Assembly (NCBI GenBank): GCA_002269645.1
Contig: NIVC01004198.1
Location: 1 to 55,713, forward strand
Direction of reading: 5' to 3'
From: Macrostomum lignano
Taxonomy: Eukaryota
DNA length: 55,713 bases
Position 1 is the first letter of the stretch. Each line of letters opens with the position of its first letter. The notes under the pieces are model-generated. The model was given only the letters and a program-made list of their open reading frames with translations, was not told the origin of the DNA and did not search any database. Positions 24,044-35,200 of this stretch are shown here, in pieces. The translations under genes were made by a program, and so were the position numbers.

Positions 24044-26961
24044 ATGACAGACTCAGCAGAGTCGGCTGCGCTCCGCCAGCTCGAGCAGCTCCGTCGGCAG
24101 AGCCGTAACCTGCTAGCCGAGCTGCGCCCGCGGTCTACTGCTGGCCCGTCCTCTGCCGACCGGCTGCTCAGCGACGTCGGGAATCTCCGACCAGCGGCGC
24201 CGGTGCCGGAAGCGGAAGCGGCCGAACGGGCCAAACGGCTGCACAGGCGAGCCCTGCCCAAGGCGGGCAGTCGGAGCGAGCTGGACCGCACCAGGGCCAA
24301 TTTAGCTTTGCGATCAGCTGACGGCCTTGGCTACGACTGGATGATGAGCTCGTTGGAGAACTGCGGCGCCGCTGGCGGCGTCTTGGGCAACGACATCGGC
24401 GTAGACAGGTACGACGTGCTTCGCCAGGAGCACTCCGAGCTGCTGCAGCGGGTACTGCAGTTTCGTAAAACTTACCGCAACGAGTGCATCAGCGATTCTT
24501 ACCGGCACGAGCACCTGGATGAGCAGGCGCTGCGCCGGCTGAAAGACCTGCTGCCCGGCTCGGCGCCTGGAGACGAGGATTCTGATCCCGTGAGTCTGGG
24601 GGGTTGCGACTCGAAGTCTGTTAATGGTGTATCATAAATGCCTAAATGTAGCCACAGTCCCTCAGTCTCCGGATCCCAACTGGCTACAGTCCCTCAGTCT
24701 CCGGATCCCAACTGGCTACAGTCCCTCAGTCTCAGGATCCCAACTGTACTCGTAGCTACAGTCCCTTAGTCTCCGGATCCCAACTGTACTCGTAGCTACA
24801 GTCCCTCAGTCTCAGGATCCCAACTGTAGCTACAGTCCCTCAGTCTCCGGATCCCAACTGTAGCTACAGTCCCTCAGTCTCAGGATCCCAACTGGCTACA
24901 GTCCCTCAGTCTCCGGATCCCAACTGTAGCTACAGTCCTTCAGTCTCCGGATCTCAACTGTAGCTACAGTCCCTCAGTCTCAGGATCCCAACTGTAGCTA
25001 CAGTCCCTCAGTCTCCGGATCCCAACTGTAGCTACAGTCCCTCAGTCTCAGGATCCCAACTGGCTACAGTCCCTCAGTCTCCGGATCCCAACTGTAGCTA
25101 CAGTCCTTCAGTCTCCGGATCTCAACTGTAGCTACAGTCCCTCAGTCTCTGGATCCCAGCTGTACTCGTTGCTACAGTCCCTCAATCTCAGATCTCAACT
25201 GTAGCTACAGTCCCCCAGTCTCAGGATCCCAACTGTAGCTACAGTCCCTCAGTCTCAGGATCCCAACTGTAGCTACAGTCCCTCAGTCTCTGGATCCCAG
25301 CTGTACTCGTTGCTACAGTCCCTCAATCTCAGATCTCAACTGTAGCTACAGTCCCCCAGTCTCAGGATCCCAACTGTAGCTACAGTCCCTCAGTCTCAGA
25401 TCCCAACTGTAGCCACAGTCCCTCAGTCTCAGATCCCAACTGTAGCTACAGTCCCTCAGTCTCTGGATCCCAACTGTAGCTACAGTCCCTCAGTCTCAGA
25501 TCCCAACTGTAGCTACAGTCCCTCAGTCTCAGATCCCAACTGTAGCTACAGTCCCTCAGTCTCTGGATCCCAACTGTAGCTAAGCTACAGTCCCTCAGTC
25601 TCTGGATCCCAGCTGTACTCGTTGCTACAGTCCCTCAATCTCAGATCTCAACTGTAGCTACAGTCCCCCAGTCTCAGGATCCCAACTGTAGCTACAGTCC
25701 CTCAGTCTCAGATCCCAACTGTAGCCACAGTCCCTCAGTCTCAGATCCCAACTGTAGCTACAGTCCCTCAGTCTCAGGATCCCAACTGTAGCTACAGTCC
25801 CTCAGTCTCAGATCCCAACTGTAGCCACAGTCCCTCAGTCTCAGATCCCAACTGTAGCTACAGTCCCTCAGTCTCTGGATCCCAACTGTAGCTACAGTCC
25901 CCCAGTCTCAGGATCCCAACTGTAGCTACAGTCCCTCAGTCTCAGATCCCAACTGTAGCCACAGTCCCTCAGTCTCAGATCCCAACTGTAGCTACAGTCC
26001 CTCAGTCTCAGGATCCCAACTGTAGCTACAGTCCCTCAGTCTCAGATCCCAACTGTAGCCACAGTCCCTCAGTCTCAGATCCCAACTGTAGCTACAGTCC
26101 CTCAGTCTCTGGATCCCAACTGTAGCCACAGTCCCTCAGTCTCAGATCCCAACTGTAGCTACAGTCCCTCAGTCTCTGGATCCCAACTGTAGCTACAGTC
26201 CCTCAGCCTCAGATCTCAACTACTTTCAAAAGTCTCTAAATCAGCCCAAATTGCCAATTTGCTATCATCAGTAGTCAGTAGTCATAGCTCTTACGCTTCA
26301 ATACCTGACAACTGTTCACCCGAAGGCCACCGGGCCGCAGGCGCGACCGTCCTCGCCGCCGGCCGGCCCGCCAGTGTACGCCTACACGGTGAACGAGCGC
26401 CTGTTCCCGGTGCCGCTAAATCTGGACACGGTGTTCCGCCAGCCGCCTAGCAAAGACTCGCCAGCCGTTGTCCAAGTCAGCATACCCTACGGCCGGGTCA
26501 AAGCGCCGTCCAAAGTGCTGAAGCCGCCGTCATCAGCTAGGACTTCCTTGACGGCCTCCACTAGCGGCCAGGGTTCGGCGGCGGCTGACACAATGTCGCT
26601 GCACAGCCACTGCGCTCCGGGTTACCGCCTGCGGCCGCCCGATCCGACCGCCCGGCCAGCCGAGCCCGCGGCCCTGCAGCTAACTAGCGGCGGCGGCAGA
26701 CGGGCGTGGCGCCGGCCGCAGACCTACCGGGAGGCCATCGAGCTGGTGCGCGGGCCGCAGCCTGCCGGCATGGGCGGGCTTGCGCCGCAGCCAGGACTGG
26801 CAGCCAATCAGATCGCTTCAGCTGATAGCCGAGGCGGCGGCGGCAGCGGCCGGCCAGCAACGGATCGCGCCGTCCGGGAGGGCATCCAAGCCCGGATGCG
26901 GCATCTGCCGACGGCTGTGAAACGACCAGACGATCTGACAGACGTGCCGGTGCTGAGCTGA
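24044..26961 (+). CDS. MIIP: Migration and invasion inhibitory protein-like; join(24044..24589,26341..26961), 388 aa
   Basis: Blocks recalled from human MIIP: N-terminal LRQL..LR..S..LL; LGYDW...SL; L.FR..Y..ECI; Y.VN.RLFPVP; V.VSIP; DT.SL..HC..G. Donor GTGAGT at 24590 and acceptor CCGCAG at 26340, phase 0. Confidence 0.78.
24650..26222. repeat. Intronic minisatellite (MIIP-like intron), about 33-34-bp unit GCTACAGTCCCTCAGTCTC(A/T/C)G(G)ATCCCAACTGTA, about 47 copies with higher-order blocks
   Basis: Direct inspection. The variant block TGTACTCGTTGCTACAGTCCCTCAATCTCAGATCTC recurs at about 25160, 25300 and 25615. Confidence 0.96.
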
Positions 26962-27418
26962 CCCACAATCTGATTGTTCCGTTAGCTATTCATTCCAATT
27001 TGGTCGAAGGTTAACTGTAGTGTCTTGATAATTCACCTCTAGCTGAAACATTGTGGCGATGCTTTTTAATCACAAAATTATATACTCGTATTTGCCTCTT
27101 CAATAAATCTCTTCGCCTTTTTATTTCGTAAAAATATATAAAACTCAAGCTTAATACATTAATCAGTTGGAGTTTAAATTGTCTTGAATTTTTATTATCT
27201 ACAAAGAATGGTAAAATAGTTGTAAAAAAGCAGAGCGTCTACTTTTGTTTTAGTAGTTTATCGGCGCAGTGTTGCTTAAATTTATTGTGGCAGCTAAAAT
27301 TGCCTTTTTTCCCTCAGTTTTTTTTGCCTTAGGAGTATATGGGGCTAATAATGTACAATAATTTAACTCGATATACACAAGTGAACGCAAGATGGACAAA
27401 ACTCAGCCTAGGGTGCAG

Positions 27419-28458
27419 GGGCCCGTGCTATAGAATACTCTTAACTCCTAAATCCTTAAGAGTGTCCTAACTCCTAGCTCCTAGCTGGCTTTTCTGTGCT
27501 ATAGAAACTAGAAGTAAATTTTAAGAGCTAGGAGGCTCCTTAAGGACGTTAGGAGACTCCTGGGTGAATTTAGGAGAACTCATTAAGGTCCGTGGCATGC
27601 TATAGAATTAGGAGAGGAAGTCTAGGAGCTAGGAGTTGGCTTTTAGGAGTGATTCTAGGAGCGTGTGTCCTATAGAATGAGAAAATTTCCTAAGCAAGAG
27701 TTCAAGGGCCAATTTTCACTCTTAGACAAGCTAGGATAATAATGTTTTCGGGCAGCGAATCGGATTCTGATGAGGAAGGAGTCAATGATAGACGCCGTCG
27801 ACAATTTAAGGCAAGAATTAATATTTTTGAAGAAGATACAGCCGAGAGTGCTATGCGTTTTAGACTTAACGAGATCCAGCTTTCAAGCCTAACAGATAGA
27901 ATTCGACACAGAATCGAACATCCAACACGGTGCACATAGCAATCTTCGCATTCTTAGTTATGGTTGTACTAAACGCACCAAAGAGAACCTCTTTGCGTGC
28001 AGCGACGGCTCTCACAAATGATATTTTTTGAGCAATTTGCATTTTAACTCCTGAGATTCAATCCCTAAGGAGCGTAAAGTTAGGATTGTGATATAGCACA
28101 CAATTCTCTATCATCCTTAAACGATTGCGCAACACTCCTTGAACACACCCCCACTCCTAGGCTGCACTCCTTGCAAGAACTCCTAGCTCCTAACTCTTAA
28201 CTCCTGAAATCTATAGCACACAAAATTCAATCACTCCTTGTCAAGAGTACTCTTGAGTCCTAGCTCCAACTCCTAACTCCTGAAATCTATAGCACGGGTG
28301 CTATATCACAATCCTAATTTTACGGTCCTTAAGGATTGAATCTCAGGAGTGAAAATGCAAATTGCTCAAAAAATATCATTTGTGAGAGCCAGCTAGGAGC
28401 TAGGAGTTAGGACACTCTTAAGGATTTAGGAGTTAAGAGTATTCTATAGCACGGGCCC
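27419..28458. mobile_element. Non-autonomous PIF/Harbinger-like element with a 5' transposase remnant (27742..27939) and fold-back structure
   Basis: Perfect 72-bp inverted ends beginning GGGCCCGTGCTATAG; repeated subterminal GTGCTATAG and CTCCTAG motifs; short ORF MFSGSESDSDEE...AMRFRLNEIQLSSLTDRIRHRIEHPTR resembling the N-terminus of HARBI1-type transposases (F..RFRL). Flanks are CAG and CTG (CWG-like, not identical). Confidence 0.7.
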
Positions 28459-28966
28459 CTGCGCATTGTAATAAAAAGTAGAAGTCTGCTAACTTACTGA
28501 GCTAACCAACTGACATGGTTATACTTGAAATGCCGTTCTTCTAACACTTCAATAGCACACATGTAACTATTATTCTAACACATGCTAACAATGAGACAGG
28601 TGGCAATGTCAGTTGTTAAGGGAGATACCATGAGCACTTGACGCGCTGCACGCTTAGTGAAAGTTTTGGCCACAGACTAAAGACGAAGACAGGCAATAAG
28701 GGGTGATTGTGAGACAGCTTTAACTGTTCTGTCTTATTGCATCATGGATGGAGGTATAGAACGGATTACTCGTCTGTAGAGTAGAGTTCGGCCTGTCCTG
28801 GACCCGACTTAAAAAACGACTCCTCAAAGTTGGCCCATAGACAACACGTAAAACTCGATTGAGAAACAAGCGAACCTAGAGTTGGTCTAAATATGTTGTA
28901 TTGCCAGATGGCTCAATCTACCTGGTTCTGTATGGTTGTGTAGGCTTTCAATTTCATGCTCCATAA

Positions 28967-29095
28967 CCAGGAATCTGTGCTCCATAACCCGGAATCTGTG
29001 CTCCATAACCCAGAATCTGTGCTTCATAACCCGGAATCTGTGCTCCATAACCCAGAATCTGTGCTCCATAACCCAGAATCTGTGCTCTATAACCC
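28967..29095. repeat. Minisatellite, 21-bp unit TGCTCCATAACCCRGAATCTG, about 6 copies
   Basis: Direct inspection. Confidence 0.93.
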
Positions 29096-29478
29096 GTATT
29101 GCTATTGTCACCCAAGTTGATAGTTACACCAACAATGAGTTGCAAAGAGGGGGATGAAATCGAAGAGGGTAAGGGAGAGAAGGGAGAGGAGAGAAGAGAA
29201 GGAGATGACAGAGGATCGAGAGGAGAAAATGAGCAAGAAGGTAGCTGAGAAGCGCCACAAACCTTGAGCAGGCTGGAGTTGCTGACCCCTGCCCTAGAGT
29301 CTAGACAGTTAAAAAACAAGCCTGTTCTGGCTATAGTGTCAATGGTACTCACTCAGTTCAATAAGCAAGTATTGTTATAAATGCACATACCTACTAGCTG
29401 TATAGTTGATGCTGCTAGCCAATCGGTGTACACACAGCTAGACACCGTAATACACACTGGAAATCCTGGCCCAATTTA

Positions 29479-31414
29479 ATGGAGTCGCCAGTGTTAAGTC
29501 GCGACGAATTTGTGCACACGGCCTGCTACTGCGAGGAGAATGTCTACCATCTGATCAGGCAGCTGCGCGCCGTGCCTAGCGCCTTGTTCATCTCTAATCC
29601 GGCCCGCCTGGCGCCAGTCTGGTGCCAGCGCGCCTCCTCGCGTCCTGACGGCCTGGTGTTCTGGGACTATCACGTCGTAGCCATTGACGGCTCGCAGAAT
29701 CCGCCGCTAGTGTACGACTTGGATTCTAAACTGGATTTTCCCTGCAGTTTGCCGCTGTATTTTGAGCACGCGCTGAGGCCAAATTCACTGGTTGACCAAC
29801 TGCTGGCCAGACCCATGTCCGAGCGGCCTGGCCGGCTGCACAGGCGCTACCGGCTGGTGTCCGGCCAGAACCTGATGCGCCACTTCGCCTCCGATAGGCG
29901 GCACATGCGACACAAAAGCACCGGTGAGGTTGCGCGGCCCCTCATCCAATCTCAACCTGTCCTCATCCAATCTAAAACTGTCCTCATCCAATCTCAAACT
30001 ACCTCCATCCCATCTCAACCTGTCCCCATCCAATCTCAAACTACCCCCATCCCATCTCAAACTACCCCCATCCCATCTCAAACTACCCTCATCCAATCTC
30101 AAACTGTCCTCATCCCATCTCAAACTACCCTCATACCATCTCAAACTACCCTCATCCAATCTCTAACTACCCTCATCCAATCTCAAATTACCCCTATCCC
30201 ATCTCAACCTGTCCTCATCCAATCTCAAACTACCCTCATCCCATCTCAAACCACCCTCATCCCATCTCAAACTACCCTCATCCAATCTCAAACTGTCCTC
30301 ATCCCATCTCAAACTACCCTCATACCATCTCACACTACCCTCATCCAATCTCAAACTACCCTCATCCCATCTCAAACTACCCTTATCCAATCTCAAACTG
30401 TCCTCATCCAATCTCAAACTACCCCCATCCCATCTCAAACTACCCTCATCCAATCTCAAACTACCCTCATACCATCTCAAGCTACCCTCATCCAATCTCA
30501 AACTACCCTCATCCCATCTCAAACTACCCTCATCCAATCTCAAACTACCCCATCCCATCTCAAACCACCCTCATCCCATCTCAAACTACCGTACCCTCAT
30601 CCTATCTCAAACTACCCTCATCCCATCTCAAACTACCCTCATCCCATCTCAAACTACCCTCATCCCATCTCAAACTACCCTCATCCCATCTCAAACTACC
30701 CTTATCCCATCTCAAACTACCCTCATCCCATCTCAAACTACCCTCATCCCATCTTAAACTACTATTATTCCATCTTAAATTCTCCTCACCCCATCTCAAA
30801 TTATCCTCATCCCATCTCAAACTATCATTATCCCATCTCAAACTACCCTTATCCCATCTCAAACTACCCTCATCCCATCTCAAACTACCCTCATCCCATC
30901 TTAAACTACTATTATTCCATCTTAAATTCTCCTCATCCCATCTCAAATTATCCTCATCCCATCTCAAACTATCATTATTCCATCTCAAACTACCTTTATC
31001 CCATCTCAAACTACCCTCATCCCATCTCAAACTGTCCTCATCCCACTTCAAATTACCCCCATCCCATCTCAGATTATCCTCATTTCATCTCAAATTATCC
31101 TCATCCCATGTCAAAATAAACCTCATCCCATGTCAAACTACTCTCATCCCATCTCAAACTACTCTTATATCCCATCCCATTTCGCAGGTGCGTGGCTGGC
31201 CCCGCCGCCGGCCTATCCCTGCATCCGGGGTCCCTGGGCCGACAGCGATCACAATCTGCCCCGCTACCTGGACATGGGCGCAGACGATTTCGCCGCCGAT
31301 GCTGCCGATGCTGCCGATGATGATGAGGAAGTCGCTGCCAGCGCCGCCATTGACGGTCGATTTGGCAAACTGCTGACAGAGTCTGAGCTGCTAGCCGAGT
31401 TCGCCCTTGCCTAG
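29479..31414 (+). CDS. NTAQ1: Protein N-terminal glutamine amidohydrolase; join(29479..29923,31188..31414), 223 aa
   Basis: Catalytic triad motifs CYCEENV, WDYHV and YDLDS; FASDR.HM...G|.W..PPP.YPCI; phase-1 intron (G|GTGAGG ... TTCGCAG|GT). Confidence 0.95.
29938..31180. repeat. Intronic minisatellite (NTAQ1), almost G-free 21-bp unit CTCATCCCATCTCAAACTACC, about 59 copies
   Basis: Direct inspection; occupies all but about 20 nt of the 1264-nt intron. Confidence 0.96.
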
Positions 31415-32217
31415 CTTTCAAATGACGCCATCCAGTGCATATATTGCATGGGCATTGAAATTATTCAAAAGATTATTAGAGCAAATCTGAATCTTTATAG
31501 AAATTCAAAATTTAAGTGTCGAACTTCCTATAATGGAGCCTATATAGAAATACTCAATCAGGCTAACAAGTTTGTAATCTGTTTATTTGGTCGAATCAGA
31601 CATCATATTTTATATTTCTACCGTTAAAATGCGTTGATTCGCACAAACTAAATATTTTGCATTGCTACTTTGAGTAGTAGCTATCGTATACAAAAATAAT
31701 CGTGTGCCGAACTGTGTTATTAATATTTGTGTAACTCTTGTCTTTATATGTATATTTCACGTATATGTGTATGTGTGTTAATATATGTGTATCTCTATGG
31801 TTTATATAACGTTTTTATACTTATTTATAAACACAAAGCAGACAAAACTTATCAAAGTACAGAACGTACTGTTTGACTGATTTTTGATCCAAGGATTTCC
31901 TAGATACAGACTTTATAAGATCAGAAAGCTCTAAAATCTACATATAGACTTAAACAAGGGGCCAATAGGATATAAGGACTTCCAAGTAAAGAACTAACAG
32001 AAAAACAAAGGGCAAAGTTTGTTGGAAAGTTACAGTGAAGGTCAATATTCAAGTCAAATTCTAAATTTAACTATCGTTTATTATATTCGCTTGGCTTTGT
32101 TTATTATGCTTGTGAAATCATAATAATGGATATTCTAGTAATATTATAGGTTCCAGGGTTATAAGTTGCCTGTTTGCGATTGATTGATTGATTGATCGAG
32201 TCCCGTCTGATTTTGAA

Positions 32218-35200
32218 TCAATCCCGCCCATGGGTGCGCGACTTCGGCAACAGGTGCACCTCCACGGAGCTGCTGGCGCCAGTCTCAGCAGCCGCCTGCT
32301 CTTCCTCCTCCTCCACGTAGTCCAGCGCCTCGTGAAGCTCGTGCCGCTTGCCGTCGTCGCTGCCCACGCCTCCGAGCTCGGAGCCCCTGTCGGCGCCTCC
32401 GTCCCCGTCTGTCTCGTCCATTATGTTGAGTTCGAAGTGCTTCCGGCTGTCTCGGAGTCGGCGCTGCCGCATGGTGACGCGCCGGAACCGGTGGAACGGC
32501 AGCAGGTGCTCCTCGGACTCCTCGGCTCTGGCCAGGCTGTTCAGCTGGTCCAGCGTCGACTGCTGCTTGGCCTCCGACACCAAGCTGAGCAGGGCGTGCT
32601 GGCCGCGGTCTGTGCCCGGCTGCGGCTGCTGCGGCTGCCCCGGGTACGCGCTGGCCTGCCGACTGTACAGCGAAGCGTTGGGGGCGCCGGTGGCGGCCGC
32701 GGCAGCTGCAGCAGCAGCCGCTGATCGCTGCTGTTGCAATAGCAGGTCCAGTTTGGTCTCAACTCGGCTGACGCTCTGCTTCAGATGCTCGATCTGCTGC
32801 ATCTCCTCCTCGTCTGAGTCGCTGTCCTCCGTGTAGTATTTCAGCGTCTTTTTGCGGGCTTTCATTTCCACGATTTGCTCCTGTAAATTGCAATTTTTAA
32901 TGGATTGAGTTAGGAAAATTTTGTCACGGCTTAAATTTAATCTAGAGGGATGAATTTAACATTTAAATGGATAAACTCGAGGTATAAAATCCCCCCTTGG
33001 CCCGGTCCTTCTGATCGACATAACAAGCCGACAACTTTTTGTGCACGAAGTATAAAATTGGCAAACATGACTGACGACATTTGTGACGACTTTGCCACTG
33101 TTGACCTTGATATAGCGAGATTTGTTGATTTGATGTTTACGGATGGAATCACTACGGAGGCATCCACAAGCCCTCTCTTAAATCTTGCATCAACAGATGA
33201 GCTCATGGCGATGGTTGTCGATGGCTGTGTACCAGAAGATACTAAGAAGAAAGCTTCTTGGATAATCAAGACGTTCATTGAATGGCACAGCCAGAAGAAG
33301 AGGCTGGGCGTCTGGTGATCAGCGTGGACTGATGGTGCTCAAGGAGCTGCTGAGATGAGCAAATCGGATCTGAAATCTGTGGCTGAAGCTCTCGCAGTTT
33401 CCCGTCAGGCTAATACGGAATGCTGCACTCGAAAATATTGATTGGCATTCAAAGCGGTCTATTTGAAATTTACGTGTTACGTGTTACGTTTACTTGACTT
33501 GGCTAGTAAGTGTTCCAGCCACTAGGATTCCAGCTCTCTCAAAGATCAACCCGACCTCAAAAAGTTGAAAGATCTTTTGCCAGCTCACCCTGAAGTCCTC
33601 CTCCGAGTTGATGTTGAATACTGTCTTAATCAAGCCCGCGCACAGCACCGAATACCATTCGTGGATGTGGCGCTGGGTGTACACTCGGAAATAATGATCC
33701 TTCTTGTGCTGCAAGTGGCGGAAGAAGCTCAGCACTAGCAGGATGGCGATAAACACCAGCATGACGGTCAGTAGAGGCAGCAGGAAGGCGCTGAACGCGA
33801 ACAGCAGAACTAGCTGCAAAATATTTGCCTCATCTCGCTCCCTCCACCACTTGATGAATTTGCGCCGGAACTCGTACAGCCTGGACAGGATGGAGATCGA
33901 CAGGTCGGCCTGTAAAGCCAGCCGCTTCAGCTGTGCTCGCCGCTGAATCTGCGAGATGTCGTCGACGGCCAAGCCTACTAGCAGGTTCATCGTCACGATG
34001 CCGATGATCACGATGAACAATATGAACACGGCTCGCGACAGGGCGTCGTACGCCACCAGAGTGGACGAGGAGTTCTGATCTTCCAGGAAGATTTCTTCGA
34101 ATGTCAGTTCGCCTGTGCCCATCACGAAGACCTACGAGAATTGATGAAGGTTTCTGGTCAGCTGTGGAATTATTCCTGGATCGTGGGAAACAACTTAAAT
34201 GGTTTTATGACGGCTTGAAAACTTAAAACTCTTGAAGCTTCGCGTCATCTTGAATGAATTGTTACACCGCTTCACGACCATAGACAATTGAATTGCGCGT
34301 AGAAGGGTGCTACACTTGATTTTCTTAGAAACTTTATTTTGTCTGGCGAAACTACGAGTACATTCAGCTCCGTGCGTTCTCAATAGCCATAATACACGTT
34401 CCTTACCGGCCTTCAGCTAATTTCTAAGAAAGTCCAATGTATAGTGTCCTAATACTGAGGGTTTCATATATCCGACAAGCCTAACCCTAGCCATAAAACT
34501 AACGGAAATGGTGTTTTTGGGGATATGAGAGTGCTCCCTTCTACTGCACTTGTCCGTGTTCACAACGCCAACGCTTCATAAGCCATTCCTTTAAGTCATT
34601 TTGAAAGTAGTTGCTTTTTAATTATATAGAATGTGGGAGAGAATTTAGGAATTGGTTAGGGTTAGGGTCGGTTGTCTATTTGTCGGCAGTGTAAAACACT
34701 CTGAAGTCATAGTGGGACAGGCAGATGTCGTGGAGATTTAAACCTTCGGGCTTTTGAACCCCCGTCAGATAACAAACCCACTACGAGTCGCTCATCAGCA
34801 ACTCCGCAACAGTTTGAACTGCGAAGGTACGCTCGTACCTTCAAGCAGGCGTCCCAATAGTTGCTGAAGCGCAGCTGATTGCCCATCAGGATGTGGAACT
34901 GGGCAGCAAACGCGAACACCAGCACGCTGAATAGAAAGAGGAACTTGACGGAGTTCTGCAGAATCACCAGGAACATTACTATGTAGACGCCGAACACTGG
35001 GAACTTGCGGAAGTAGAGGAACACATTAAACCAGGTGAAGAACAGAACCACAGCGGCCAGCTGCCACTGCGAATCTGAGTAGTACTGGCAGCCTGCCGAG
35101 TGCTCGTGCGAGTGCAGCAGCACCAGAATGGACACGAACACGAACAGGTCGATCATGTTGCCCAGCCCGAAGTAGTCCAGCTTGCGCACCACCAGCTGCA

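Noticed and set aside
20237-26222. Regularly spaced repeats as a possible CRISPR array
   Set aside because: Units are head-to-tail with no unique spacers, there are no cas genes, and the context is eukaryotic.
30590-31119. YPHPISN heptads resembling the RNA polymerase II CTD (YSPTSPS)
   Set aside because: A by-product of a 21-bp intronic repeat read in one frame; similarity is limited to Tyr/Pro/Ser content.
34457-34701. CCTAACCCT and GGTTAGGGTTAGGG motifs in inverted orientation in TRP intron 4 (telomere seed or MITE)
   Set aside because: Only 1-2 telomeric units, and the inverted similarity is too degenerate to define an element.
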